Source: Erysipelotrichaceae bacterium (GTDB taxonomy: Bacteria; Bacillota_I; Bacilli_A; RFN20; CAG-449). From it: DNA of 64,000 nucleotides. The stretch spans positions 3,228 through 67,227 of the forward strand of contig SVBA01000009.1 of assembly GCA_015059095.1 (NCBI GenBank). The letters are read 5' to 3'. The translations under genes and the position numbers were made by a program. The notes below the pieces were generated by a model. The model did no database searches, was not told the DNA's origin, and worked only from the letters and a program-made list of their open reading frames with translations. Shown in pieces: positions 1-9,780 of this stretch (positions are counted from its first letter, which is position 1; every line of letters starts with the position of its first letter).

Positions 1-203
1 AAGAAATTATTAAAGATGGGGCGGTTAGAGTTCATGGTGGAGGTTTTGCAGGTACCTTACTAGCAATTACTTCTAAAGAAGAAACTGATAATTATATTAT
101 GGAAATGAAAAAAATGTTTGGTCCAAAGAATGTTAGAAGAATTGCGACTAATCGATTTGGAACAAGATTTATTTGTAAAGTAAAGGATGTTGTAGAGGAG
201 TAA
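1..203 (+). CDS. 3' end of a GHMP-family kinase (5'-truncated at window edge)
   Basis: Frame 3 is open from the window start to TAA at 201-203. The C-terminal motif VRVHGGGFAGTLLAI resembles the glycine-rich loop of GHMP kinases (galactokinase/mevalonate kinase type). It is absent from the ORF track because it is incomplete. Confidence 0.4.
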   Translation, partial: EIIKDGAVRVHGGGFAGTLLAITSKEETDNYIMEMKKMFGPKNVRRIATNRFGTRFICKVKDVVEE

Positions 204-204
204 T

Positions 205-504
205 ATGGAAAAGAAAGAGTATTGTTTAGATTTTATTTCAAAAATTCAAAATAAAGAAAAAGAAAATTTATTTAAATTTTTTACTAGAAATACAGTAATT
301 GTATTTTTGGATTCTTTTAAAGAAATGATTGTCCCTTCTTTTTTAGATTATCTAGAAGAAAATTATTTTGGTAAAGATATTCAGGTTAAAAGAGTCTTAG
401 AAAGTAAAATTTGTACTAAAATTGAATTAATGATTGATAATAAAGAAGTGTCATTTCTTATTGAAATTAAAGAAAGAAGAATTAGAAGATTAGAAATTAT
501 GTAA
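205..504 (+). CDS. small hypothetical protein (99 aa)
   Basis: Complete ORF in the track with no motifs I can recognise. It starts 1 nt after the upstream stop. Confidence 0.35.
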   Translation: MEKKEYCLDFISKIQNKEKENLFKFFTRNTVIVFLDSFKEMIVPSFLDYLEENYFGKDIQVKRVLESKICTKIELMIDNKEVSFLIEIKERRIRRLEIM

Positions 505-567
505 GAGTACTAGTAATCTAGTACTTTTTCTTTACTCATATTTCATATATTAAAAAGAGGATAATAT

Positions 568-1818
568 ATGAAATATTTTAAGACTGATGGAATTAGGATG
601 AAGGGAAATGAATTAATCTTTTCTTTAATTCCTTTAAAGCTTGGTAGATTACTAGGTAATCATTCTAAAAAAGTGTGTATTGGATATGATACTAGAATTA
701 GTAGTAGTGAGATATTTGATTTGCTAGTTACAGGATTAATTACTAGAGGATGTGATGTAATATCTTTAGGAGTATGTCCTACTAGTGTGGTAGGTAGTAT
801 TACTAAAGAGGAAAATTGTGATTATGGGATTATGATAACAGCATCACATAATCCTTATTTTGATAATGGAATAAAGGTGTTTTCTTCTAATGGAGAAAAG
901 TTAACTTCTTTAGAAGAAAGAGAATTAGATTCCTTATTAAATCAAAATATTGTGTTTAATCAAGTGAGCAAATTAGGAAAAGTAGAAAATAAAGAAGAGT
1001 TAGTATCTAGATATATTTTATATTTAAGAAATCTATTAAAAGATAATAAAGATATTAAAGTATTATTTGATGTGAGCAATGGAGTTCAAAGTGAAATAAT
1101 TGAAAAAGTTGTAAAAGGCAAGATTAATTATAAAATTATCAATAATAGTCCAAATGGAAAAAATATTAATTTAAATGTTGGTAGTGAACATATTGATTGT
1201 TTAATAAATAATATGGATGAAAGCTTTACTTATGGAGTAAGCTTTGATGGTGATGCAGATAGGGTAGTTATCGTCAATCAAAACAAAGAAATTATTACGG
1301 GTGAGGATTTATTATTTTTATTTTCTAAAGAATATAATTATTCAAGTATTGTCACAACAAAAATGTCGAATATAGGTTTAATAGAAGAATTAAATAGAAA
1401 TAATAAAAAAGTATTTATTTCTAATGTTGGAGATAAAAATGTTTACAGAATGATGAAAGATGAAAATGTTTTAATAGGAGGAGAATCATCTGGTCATATT
1501 ATCTTCTTAAATAGTCTTTATAAAAATGATGGATTATTTACATTTATTAAATATTTAAATTTAGAAAATAAAGAAGTTAATTATAACAAATATTTTTCAA
1601 AAACAAGGAACTTTTTAGTGGAAAACAAAGATTTGAATAATTCAAATCTACTAATGATAGAAAACCAAATTAAAAATGAATTGAAGGAAAAAGGAAAAGT
1701 GTATATCAGAAAATCTGGGACTGAGGATTATTTAAGAGTTAATATTCAATTAAAAAATAAAGAAAAAGAATTAGAAGTAGATAATTTATTAGAAGAGTAT
1801 TTAAAAGATGTATTATAG
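568..1818 (+). CDS. glmM: phosphoglucosamine mutase-like phosphohexomutase
   Basis: N-terminal KTDGIRG-like start, catalytic Ser loop TASHNP, Mg-binding FDGDADR and sugar-binding GGESSGH, all matching the alpha-D-phosphohexomutase/GlmM family. AAGAGG RBS upstream. At 416 aa it is somewhat short for GlmM. Confidence 0.7.
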   Translation: MKYFKTDGIRMKGNELIFSLIPLKLGRLLGNHSKKVCIGYDTRISSSEIFDLLVTGLITRGCDVISLGVCPTSVVGSITKEENCDYGIMITASHNPYFDNGIKVFSSNGEKLTSLEERELDSLLNQNIVFNQVSKLGKVENKEELVSRYILYLRNLLKDNKDIKVLFDVSNGVQSEIIEKVVKGKINYKIINNSPNGKNINLNVGSEHIDCLINNMDESFTYGVSFDGDADRVVIVNQNKEIITGEDLLFLFSKEYNYSSIVTTKMSNIGLIEELNRNNKKVFISNVGDKNVYRMMKDENVLIGGESSGHIIFLNSLYKNDGLFTFIKYLNLENKEVNYNKYFSKTRNFLVENKDLNNSNLLMIENQIKNELKEKGKVYIRKSGTEDYLRVNIQLKNKEKELEVDNLLEEYLKDVL

Positions 1819-2518
1819 ATATTATAAAAATAGTAATGTAAATATTACTATTGTATTACTTCATGGTTGGGGAGTAGACTCTAAATACATGGAATCTTTA
1901 AAAGATTTATTAATAGAAGATTATTCTATTTTACTTATTGATTTACCAGGACATGGAGAATCTAAATTAAATAAAGAATATAATATGGACAATTATATAG
2001 ATGAATTATTTTATATTGTTACTAAAGAAAATATTAAGAATTTATATGGAATAGGTCATTCTTTTGGTGGTAAAGTATTATCTTATTATAGTTTAAAATA
2101 TCCTCTTCTAGGCGGAATATTGATTGCACCTTCTACTTATAAACCACAGTTTTCATTATCTAAATATATCAAAATTTATTTGTATAAATTACTAAAAAGA
2201 ATGCATTTAAAAATCCCTAAATTTCTTTTAGGGAGTCAGGATTATAGGTTGACTGATGGAATAAAAAGAAAGACATTTTTAAATGTAGTTAATTTTTATT
2301 TATCTAAAAATGAATTAAATAAAATAATAACTCCCATCATTATTATGGGTTTTAAATATGATCATGCAGTTAAAATTAAACAACTAAAGAAACTTAATAA
2401 ATACTTTGTAAATAGTAAATTATTTATCTATGATGGCGATCATTTTTCTTATTTTTCCTATTTAAAAGAAATTAAAATTTTTATTAATTATCTAATAAGA
2501 GGTGAATTTGAATGGTAG
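1808..2518 (+). CDS. alpha/beta-fold hydrolase
   Basis: HGWG oxyanion motif and GHSFGG nucleophile elbow, with a C-terminal D/H region. Overlaps glmM by 11 nt. Confidence 0.55.
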   Translation: MYYRYYKNSNVNITIVLLHGWGVDSKYMESLKDLLIEDYSILLIDLPGHGESKLNKEYNMDNYIDELFYIVTKENIKNLYGIGHSFGGKVLSYYSLKYPLLGGILIAPSTYKPQFSLSKYIKIYLYKLLKRMHLKIPKFLLGSQDYRLTDGIKRKTFLNVVNFYLSKNELNKIITPIIIMGFKYDHAVKIKQLKKLNKYFVNSKLFIYDGDHFSYFSYLKEIKIFINYLIRGEFEW

Positions 2519-3927
2519 TTTTATTAAATTTAATGATCAATGGATTATATATCTATTTTTTAATTTCTATTTTAATTAGTCAATATTATAATATCAAAAG
2601 ATTTTTAAAGGTAATCTTTTTTAATTTTCTAAAAAAAGAAAATTTAATTTTATTTGCTTGTTCCTCTTTGAGCTTTTGTTTTTATTTTGTTAGTAAATAT
2701 TTATTTTATTTAGTCTCATTTTGGTTTTTAGTTATTTTCTTTTTTATTAATAAACCGATTATTTTTAAATTTACTAGAAGAAATATATTACTATATATAG
2801 TTTCATTTTTATTAGGAGGATTAATATTAAGTTTTACTACATTAGGTGCCTTATTATCATTATTAATTGGATACTATTTATTATTGCCTTTTGAATTCTT
2901 AAATAACAAAAGATATAAAAGAAAAGCAAAAGAAAAGTTGGAGTCTTTAGATATAAAAGTAATTGGAATTACAGGAAGTTATGGAAAAACAACATTTAAA
3001 AATATGCTTTACCATGTATTAAAAACTACATTTAATGTAAGTATGCCGAAAGGAAATATTAATACTCCTTTAGGGATATGTAAATTTATTAATAATTCAT
3101 TAAAAGATAATGTAGAAGTATTGTTATTAGAATTAGGAATAGATGAAGTAAAAGGGATGAAAAAGTTTAAAGATTTTCTTTCGTTAGATATTGGAGTAAT
3201 TACTAGTATTGGAGAAAATCATTTATCAACATTTAAAAGTATTGAAAATACTAAGAAAGCAAAATTAAAAATAAGTGAATTACTAAAAAAAGACGGAAAA
3301 TTATATTTAAATAAAGATTCATTTTATTTAAAAAATATTAGTCTAAAAGAAAATTATGAATATTTTTCTAATGAGGAATATGTAGAAAAAGAAATTACAA
3401 TTGAAGGAGTTAATATAACATATAATGATAAAGAAATAAGAGTTCCTTTGTATGGAAGTTATGTATATTCTTATATAAATGGAATAATTAAAATAAGTGA
3501 GTTTTTAGGTATAAATAAGGATTTTATTGCATTGGGATTAAGCGAAATAAAACCTATAGATAGAAGGTTACAATTATTAAAATATAAAGATGGATATATT
3601 ATTAATGATTCTTATAATATTAATTTATCTGGAGTAAAGGAATCACTTACTTTATTAAAAGGATTATCTGGAAGTAAAGTAGTTGTTCTTGGAGGAATTA
3701 TCGAACAAGGAAAGTATTACTATTTAAACAATGTAAGACTATCAAATTTGTTAAGCGGTATGGAAGTTATATTTGTAGGTAGTAATAATCATCCACTTAT
3801 TAGCAATCATAATTTTTCAAAACTTTTTATAACTTCTTCTCTTTCTCAAGCATATAAATTAATTGAAGAAAATAATTATAAAAATGTTCTTCTATTGGCG
3901 AAATCTGAAGATATATTTTTAAAGTGA
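2512..3927 (+). CDS. murF: Mur-ligase family protein, MurF-like (UDP-MurNAc-tripeptide D-Ala-D-Ala ligase), with an N-terminal 4-TM domain replacing the canonical N-domain
   Basis: P-loop GITGSYGKTT at about residue 152. C-terminal NDSYNINL matches the MurF DDSYNANP motif, and a VVLGG...G region follows. It sits immediately upstream of ddl. The first 130 residues are four hydrophobic helices. Confidence 0.6.
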   Translation: MVVLLNLMINGLYIYFLISILISQYYNIKRFLKVIFFNFLKKENLILFACSSLSFCFYFVSKYLFYLVSFWFLVIFFFINKPIIFKFTRRNILLYIVSFLLGGLILSFTTLGALLSLLIGYYLLLPFEFLNNKRYKRKAKEKLESLDIKVIGITGSYGKTTFKNMLYHVLKTTFNVSMPKGNINTPLGICKFINNSLKDNVEVLLLELGIDEVKGMKKFKDFLSLDIGVITSIGENHLSTFKSIENTKKAKLKISELLKKDGKLYLNKDSFYLKNISLKENYEYFSNEEYVEKEITIEGVNITYNDKEIRVPLYGSYVYSYINGIIKISEFLGINKDFIALGLSEIKPIDRRLQLLKYKDGYIINDSYNINLSGVKESLTLLKGLSGSKVVVLGGIIEQGKYYYLNNVRLSNLLSGMEVIFVGSNNHPLISNHNFSKLFITSSLSQAYKLIEENNYKNVLLLAKSEDIFLK

Positions 3928-3934
3928 GGTATAT

Positions 3935-5035
3935 ATGAAAAGAATAGTTTTAGTGTATGGAGGTAGTTCTACAGAAAGTGAAATTTCTATTTTGACTGCT
4001 TTAAAAACTTATAAAGAATTAATGAAAGTTAATAAAAATGTTAGTTTAGTTTATTTGGATCATGATGGAAATTTTTATACTGGGAAAGAATTAGTAAATT
4101 TAGAATCTTATTCTTTAAAAAAGAATTTTAAAATAGTTAATTTCAAAAAGAAAAATAATAAGAGTTATTATACTTATCATTTTAAAAAAGTATATTTTGA
4201 TTTGGTTCTAATTTTAGGACATGGAAAGAATGTTGAAGATGGCACATTATCTTCTTATTTTGAAATTTTAAAGATTCCGTATTTATATGATGATTTGTCA
4301 AATGTCAGTTTATTTCAAGATAAGATAAAAACTAAATTATTATTAAAGAATTTTGGTATTAATCAAACAAAGTTTACATATCTGCATAAGCATCAATATG
4401 AAAATTATGATTATGATAAATTAGAACTAAATTATCCTTTAATTACAAAACCTTCTAGACTTGGATCTTCTATTGGAATAAAAAAAGTGAATAATTTAAA
4501 GGAATTAAAAGAAGGATTGATTAGAGGTTTTATGTATGATGAAACAGTGTTAATTGAAGAATTTATTGATAATAAAATTGAATATAATATTGCTATATTA
4601 GGTTATCAAGATAAAATTATTGTTTCTGATATAGAGGAAGTAAATCAAAATAATCAAGTATTATCATTCTATGATAAATATGACTATTCAAAAGGAAATG
4701 AAAAAAGGATAATTAAACCAAAAATTGTTTCTTCAATTAAAGATGAAATGATTGAAACTAGTAGATTTGTGTTTAATGAATGCAATTTATGTGGGTTGTA
4801 TCGTTTTGATTTTATTTTTGATATAGAAAGTAATAAATTATATTTAAATGAAATAAATACTTTGCCTGGTTCTTTAGCTTATTATTTATTCGAATCTAAA
4901 GGAATAAAAATGGTAGACTTAATATTGATGTACATTGATATTCTTTCTTTGAAAAATAAAAATAGGTCACACTTATTGACTACTTTTCAAGAAGGATTTG
5001 TTTCTAATGTTGATTTAGATAAGCTAAAAAAATAA
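3935..5035 (+). CDS. ddl: D-alanine--D-alanine ligase
   Basis: N-terminal IVLVYGGSSTESEIS (Ddl N-domain) and ATP-grasp features, with a C-terminal LNEINTLPG region. GGT RBS. Confidence 0.8.
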   Translation: MKRIVLVYGGSSTESEISILTALKTYKELMKVNKNVSLVYLDHDGNFYTGKELVNLESYSLKKNFKIVNFKKKNNKSYYTYHFKKVYFDLVLILGHGKNVEDGTLSSYFEILKIPYLYDDLSNVSLFQDKIKTKLLLKNFGINQTKFTYLHKHQYENYDYDKLELNYPLITKPSRLGSSIGIKKVNNLKELKEGLIRGFMYDETVLIEEFIDNKIEYNIAILGYQDKIIVSDIEEVNQNNQVLSFYDKYDYSKGNEKRIIKPKIVSSIKDEMIETSRFVFNECNLCGLYRFDFIFDIESNKLYLNEINTLPGSLAYYLFESKGIKMVDLILMYIDILSLKNKNRSHLLTTFQEGFVSNVDLDKLKK

Positions 5036-5122
5036 ATATGTCTTTTGTAAGCGATAAAAATGTGATAAACTACTATTATGAAAATTAATTATTAATTTTC
5101 CTAATATTAGGAGGTAAATATT

Positions 5123-5824
5123 ATGTCAACACCACACAATAGTGCAAAAATGGGTGATTTTGCAGAAACAGTCTTATTACCAGGGGACCCTTTAAGAGCT
5201 AAATTTATCGCTGAAAACTTTTTAACAGATGTTGTTCAAGTCAATGGCGTTAGAAATATGTTTGGCTATACTGGCTATTATAAAGGTAAAAAAGTATCTG
5301 TAATGGGTTCAGGTATGGGAATGCCTTCAATCGGTATTTATTGTTATGAATTATATGCTTTCTATGGAGTAAAAACTATTATTAGAGTTGGCTCATGTGG
5401 TGCATATGTTCCAGAATGTAAATTATACGATATCATTATTGCTCAAGGTGCATGTACAAACTCTAATTGGGCACATCAATATGGCTTGCCAGGTACATAT
5501 TCTGCAATTGCTGATTTTGAAACATTAAAGAAAGCTTATGATGTATGCCAAGAAAAAGGTTATAGAACACACGTAGGTAATATTCTTTCTAGTGATATCT
5601 TCTATAATGATCAACCAGAAGTTTGGCAAAAATGGGCAAAAATGGGGTGCTTAGGTGTAGAAATGGAAAGTTATGCTTTATATGCTACTGCCGCTTCATT
5701 AGGAAAAAAAGCATTATGTATTTTAACAGTTTCTGATAGTTTAGTTTCAAAAGAAGAAACAACTGCAGAAGAAAGACAAACAAGTTTCAAACAAATGATG
5801 GAAGTTGCTTTAGAAGTAGCTTAG
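5123..5824 (+). CDS. deoD: purine nucleoside phosphorylase, DeoD type
   Basis: MSTPHNSAKMGDFAETVLLPGDPLRAKFIAE...SVMGSGMGMPS...RVGSCGA matches the E. coli DeoD start almost residue for residue. AGGAGG RBS. Confidence 0.9.
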   Translation: MSTPHNSAKMGDFAETVLLPGDPLRAKFIAENFLTDVVQVNGVRNMFGYTGYYKGKKVSVMGSGMGMPSIGIYCYELYAFYGVKTIIRVGSCGAYVPECKLYDIIIAQGACTNSNWAHQYGLPGTYSAIADFETLKKAYDVCQEKGYRTHVGNILSSDIFYNDQPEVWQKWAKMGCLGVEMESYALYATAASLGKKALCILTVSDSLVSKEETTAEERQTSFKQMMEVALEVA

Positions 5825-5836
5825 TAAGGGATAATT

Positions 5837-6478
5837 ATGTTAATAGGGGCAATAATAGTAGTTTCACTTCTATTAGTTGGATATGGTTTCCTTATTTTTA
5901 CTCCATTAGTTAAAGAACAATTAGAAAAAAAGACTTTTCAAAAGAATTTTTATACTGATGTTTATCAACTAGCGATAGATAAGGATTTCTATGTGATTAA
6001 TGATGTTGTATTAGAAATTGATACTAAATTCATTCATTTTAATCACATCCTTTTTGGTGACAAGTATATTTATTGCATCTGTGATTCTTATTTTGATGGT
6101 CCAATATCAGGTAAGTATTCTGATCAACAATGGTTCTTATATAAAAAGAATGGTCAATTAGAACATATTAAAAATCCTTTATTATTACATCGTACTAGAT
6201 TATCTTATGTTACTTCAGCTTTAAGAGCAGAAGAATTATTTGTTGGTATATGTGTAGTTAATGAATCATGTATCGTTGATGAAATTCAAGATATACCGGA
6301 TAATTTAGTAGTTGTTAATGTTCATGAGTTTAAAGACTATATTTTTAAAAGAGAAAAGGAAAATGTTGCTCCAATTAATTCAATTCAACTTGATTCTCTA
6401 GTTCAACAAATTTATCAAAAAAATCTTCAATCTAGAGAAAAAGAAAAAGAAATAATAGTGAAACAAAATATAAATTAA
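5837..6478 (+). CDS. membrane-anchored NERD-domain (nuclease-related) protein
   Basis: N-terminal TM helix, then a core (VINDVVLEIDTKFIHFNHILFGDKYIYCI) that resembles the NERD domain. Confidence 0.45.
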   Translation: MLIGAIIVVSLLLVGYGFLIFTPLVKEQLEKKTFQKNFYTDVYQLAIDKDFYVINDVVLEIDTKFIHFNHILFGDKYIYCICDSYFDGPISGKYSDQQWFLYKKNGQLEHIKNPLLLHRTRLSYVTSALRAEELFVGICVVNESCIVDEIQDIPDNLVVVNVHEFKDYIFKREKENVAPINSIQLDSLVQQIYQKNLQSREKEKEIIVKQNIN

Positions 6479-6481
6479 TCA

Positions 6482-6541
6482 ATAACCTCCATCAATTGGA
6501 GGTTTTTATTTTTAAAATAAAAAGAGGACTAAATCCTCTTA
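6482..6541. terminator. pair of back-to-back rho-independent terminators
   Basis: AACCTCCATCAATTGGAGGTT followed by T-run (+ strand) and AAGAGGATTTAGTCCTCTT followed by T-run (- strand), between convergent genes. Confidence 0.6.
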
Positions 6542-6549
6542 AAATGTAA

Positions 6550-6789
6550 TTAATCTCTATGATGAGAATCAAATACTTTATCTCTTCTAGATAAATCTAC
6601 AAATAATAATAAGATATTGATGATTGCAGCGATAGCAATAATAACATAAATTACTCTAGCGCCCATATTTAATCCACCTGTGATTGTTGTTACTAAGTCA
6701 AAATCGAATAGACCTACTAATCCCCAGTTGATACCACCAATAATTGTTAAGACTAAACAGATCTTATGTACATAATTCATAGTTTGCAT
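6550..6789 (-). CDS. DUF378 small membrane protein
   Basis: GGINWGLVGLF motif and two TM helices, typical of DUF378 (YuzA-like). Confidence 0.7.
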   Translation of the reverse strand: MQTMNYVHKICLVLTIIGGINWGLVGLFDFDLVTTITGGLNMGARVIYVIIAIAAIINILLLFVDLSRRDKVFDSHHRD

Positions 6790-6875
6790 CTCCTTTTATT
6801 TTTATTATGTGTAAAAGATTATTTTTTAATACATATTTTATTTATTCTTTTCATATTGTTTATTGAGGTGGCTAT

Positions 6876-7877
6876 ATGGTTAAGAAAATTATTGCAGGAA
6901 TTCTTGTTTTAGCGATTATTGTACTCGCTGGTTTTAAAATCTTCTATAAAGGAGATGATGTGTCTAAGAAACTAGAGTCTTTAGGTGAAAATCTAACAAT
7001 GTATCATACAGAAGCAACAATGGATATTGAAACTAAAGATGAAGTGAGATCTTTTTATGTAACAGTTGATTATAAACTTGATAATGATAACGATTATTTT
7101 AGAATCTCATTATTAGATAAAAATATTAATCAAGAACAAATAATGTTGAGAAATGAAGAAGGTGTGTATGTATTAACACCAAAATTAAATCAAGTTTATC
7201 AATTTAAAGGTGATTATCCTTTAAATAGTCCTAAACCTTATTTATATCATTCATTAATCTCTTCGTTTAAAGAAAAAGATACTAATGTTGAAAAATTAAA
7301 CGATGGATATTTAATTTCTTATGATTGTGAATATGAGAATTCTCCTTCATGGAAAAAGCAAGATGTGAAATTATCTCAAGATTTAAAACCTGTATGGGTG
7401 AATATCTATGATGAAAGTAATAATGTTGTTGTCGAAATTAATTTTGCTAAAGTAGATTTTTCTCCTACATATTCTGAAGATCATTTTAGTGTCAATAAGA
7501 ATATGGAAACTTCTAGAAAAGAAGTAATTTCTTCAAGTGGTGAAGTAGAATTGCCTTATCTTCCAGAAGTGAGCGTATCTTCAACTTTAAAAGAACAAAC
7601 TGAAGCAACAGTTAATGGAGAAACAGTGTATATTTTAACTTATGAAGGAAGCAAAGAATTTACTATTACTCAAAGATTGTTAGAAGATTCAGAAGAAATA
7701 TTATTTGCTCAAGTAAGTGGAAGTATTGTTGAATTACCACTAGGTATTGGATATTATAATCAACAAAACTTACTATTTATACATAATGGAGTTGAATATA
7801 GAATCTACTCGGATTCATTAAGCGTTAATGAAATGATTGAAGTATTAGATTCAATGGATGTTGTAATAGAAAAATAG
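6876..7877 (+). CDS. membrane-anchored LolA-like/DUF4367-like protein (hypothetical)
   Basis: N-terminal TM anchor followed by a beta-rich domain. The family assignment is tentative. GAGGTGG RBS. Confidence 0.3.
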   Translation: MVKKIIAGILVLAIIVLAGFKIFYKGDDVSKKLESLGENLTMYHTEATMDIETKDEVRSFYVTVDYKLDNDNDYFRISLLDKNINQEQIMLRNEEGVYVLTPKLNQVYQFKGDYPLNSPKPYLYHSLISSFKEKDTNVEKLNDGYLISYDCEYENSPSWKKQDVKLSQDLKPVWVNIYDESNNVVVEINFAKVDFSPTYSEDHFSVNKNMETSRKEVISSSGEVELPYLPEVSVSSTLKEQTEATVNGETVYILTYEGSKEFTITQRLLEDSEEILFAQVSGSIVELPLGIGYYNQQNLLFIHNGVEYRIYSDSLSVNEMIEVLDSMDVVIEK

Positions 7878-7888
7878 GGATTTTATCC

Positions 7889-9655
7889 CTATTTTGTTTG
7901 ATTATAAATATTAACTAATTTATTAACTTTACGGTATTCAATAAGTGGTAAAGTCTTATCTCTTTGACCAAATAAAGGAGAAGAGATATGTTTAATATTA
8001 AGATTGATAAATAGTTCAATTAATGTCCAGTTATGAACTTCTGTTGCAATGATTGTTCCTTTATATGAGCCAAGACGAGAAATCATATCTGAGAATAAAA
8101 TTAATGGTTGAGAATTAGAAACATTAGAGAATGATGTACCATTAATGATGAAATAATCAAATAATTTTAAGATTTCAGGAAGTAAAACTAATGATGTAGA
8201 AGTGATTTCTAACCCAATAGTTAAGTTATGATGTTTAAGTTTTCTTAAGATTTTTGTTGTCTCATTTACATCTATATCATCGATGTCTTTATCGTTTAAA
8301 ATAAAGATGGTATTTACATTCTTAGGACGTTCGATTCTTGTGAAAATCTCAATTATTTCTTCATAGTACGATAACTTAATTGACATAGTAACAAATTGAG
8401 TAGAATATGCTCTTGAAGAAGAGAAAGTATATCCTGAATTTGTCTCTAAATATAATACTCTTAATAAGTCTACTAAGAAATTATTATGTGATGCATATTC
8501 AAGCATACTAGTAATAGAATATACAACTGATTTTGGAGCGGATAATAAACAATCATATCCAAACACTGTTCCATCTTTTGTATTTAATATTGGAGTATAT
8601 CGACAAGTAAATAATCTACGGTCAATATTTCTTTTAATGTTGGTTATTATTTGTGAAACGTTTTCTTGATGTTTGATAGAGTCATGATCATAAATTAATA
8701 CATCTGTAGATAAATTATTTGTTTCTGCATAGATTGCTACTTCTCTAGCAAATCTAGTTAGTGTTGTGAAATCGGATTCTTGTTTCTTTTCTTGATTAAT
8801 CCCGATTCGATAGGAAATGGAATCATCTGTAGAACTTAAACCTAACGTTTTTTGAATGACTTTTGCAAAGCTATGTCCAAGGGCAATCGCTTCATTTTTT
8901 GTTCTCATTTTAAAATCTACAATAACAATTTCATTTGATTTTAACTGACATAAATATCTCGAAGGGGATAAAAATTTAACTAATCTAGATATTAGTAAAG
9001 TGAATAATGTAAAGTCGAAATCTGTATTTTCCTTTTCTACTGTATCTAAAGAAGATAATCTAATTAAGAATAAGGTACGAGGATTATCTTCATAGTCTAA
9101 TAAGATTTTTGGCATTTCTGTATAATAAACAATATTAGTTTTTGAATTCTTCCTTCTTTTATTTTTCTTAATGGTTGGAAATAAACGAGATTCAAGATGA
9201 ATTATTTTATCCTCATAATTGATATGAGTAACGTCGATAACTGTAAATATTGGTTGTTTAACATTTTTTACTTTAGTTGTTACTTCTAAATGGTTAGGCG
9301 CAGTGTGATCTACTTTTACTAACTCGTTTAACCAAACTTGTAATCTAACTTTTTCTCCTGGAGAAAAGCAATTATAAAACCATTCAAGATTTTCTTTTCT
9401 TTTTTTAGATAGATTTCTTTTATCAACTGAATAAACATAATTTTTATCAAAGTGAATAGAAAAGTAGCGTACATTGTTATCTTCGTAAGTAACAATTTGT
9501 CTTAATTTTTTTGTTCTAATAAAAATACAAGTAAGAATTAAGATGGTTATAAGGATAATGAACATTATTAAAAACATAACTACATACCACTTAGTAAATA
9601 GATTTAATAATTTTTCAAATGTAATGTTTTCAAAAAAATCTTTAATCTTATCCAT
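7889..9655 (-). CDS. membrane-anchored GGDEF/EAL-like protein with degenerate catalytic motifs (likely inactive)
   Basis: N-terminal TM. The C-terminal domain follows the EAL pattern but is degenerate: GYDCLL where EALxR is expected, then GLEITSTS (for LEITE), INGTSFSN (for DDFGTGYS) and HISSPLFG (for QGYLF). A weak GGDEF-like middle domain is also degenerate. Confidence 0.45.
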   Translation of the reverse strand: MDKIKDFFENITFEKLLNLFTKWYVVMFLIMFIILITILILTCIFIRTKKLRQIVTYEDNNVRYFSIHFDKNYVYSVDKRNLSKKRKENLEWFYNCFSPGEKVRLQVWLNELVKVDHTAPNHLEVTTKVKNVKQPIFTVIDVTHINYEDKIIHLESRLFPTIKKNKRRKNSKTNIVYYTEMPKILLDYEDNPRTLFLIRLSSLDTVEKENTDFDFTLFTLLISRLVKFLSPSRYLCQLKSNEIVIVDFKMRTKNEAIALGHSFAKVIQKTLGLSSTDDSISYRIGINQEKKQESDFTTLTRFAREVAIYAETNNLSTDVLIYDHDSIKHQENVSQIITNIKRNIDRRLFTCRYTPILNTKDGTVFGYDCLLSAPKSVVYSITSMLEYASHNNFLVDLLRVLYLETNSGYTFSSSRAYSTQFVTMSIKLSYYEEIIEIFTRIERPKNVNTIFILNDKDIDDIDVNETTKILRKLKHHNLTIGLEITSTSLVLLPEILKLFDYFIINGTSFSNVSNSQPLILFSDMISRLGSYKGTIIATEVHNWTLIELFINLNIKHISSPLFGQRDKTLPLIEYRKVNKLVNIYNQTK

Positions 9656-9780
9656 AACAATTCCTCGTAATTATTATATCTAATAATATTTATATTTCCA
9701 ATAATAATCTAAATAATAATTTTTACATTATTTCAAAGAAATAAACATTATGTTATACTTTTAAAAAGGAGTTTATTTTT

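Noticed and set aside
5123-5824. deoD as a horizontally acquired gene. It is nearly identical to E. coli DeoD at the N-terminus, and its local GC is slightly higher.
   Set aside because: DeoD is very highly conserved across bacteria. Third codon positions are still AT-biased like the neighbours. The GC rise is explained by amino-acid conservation.
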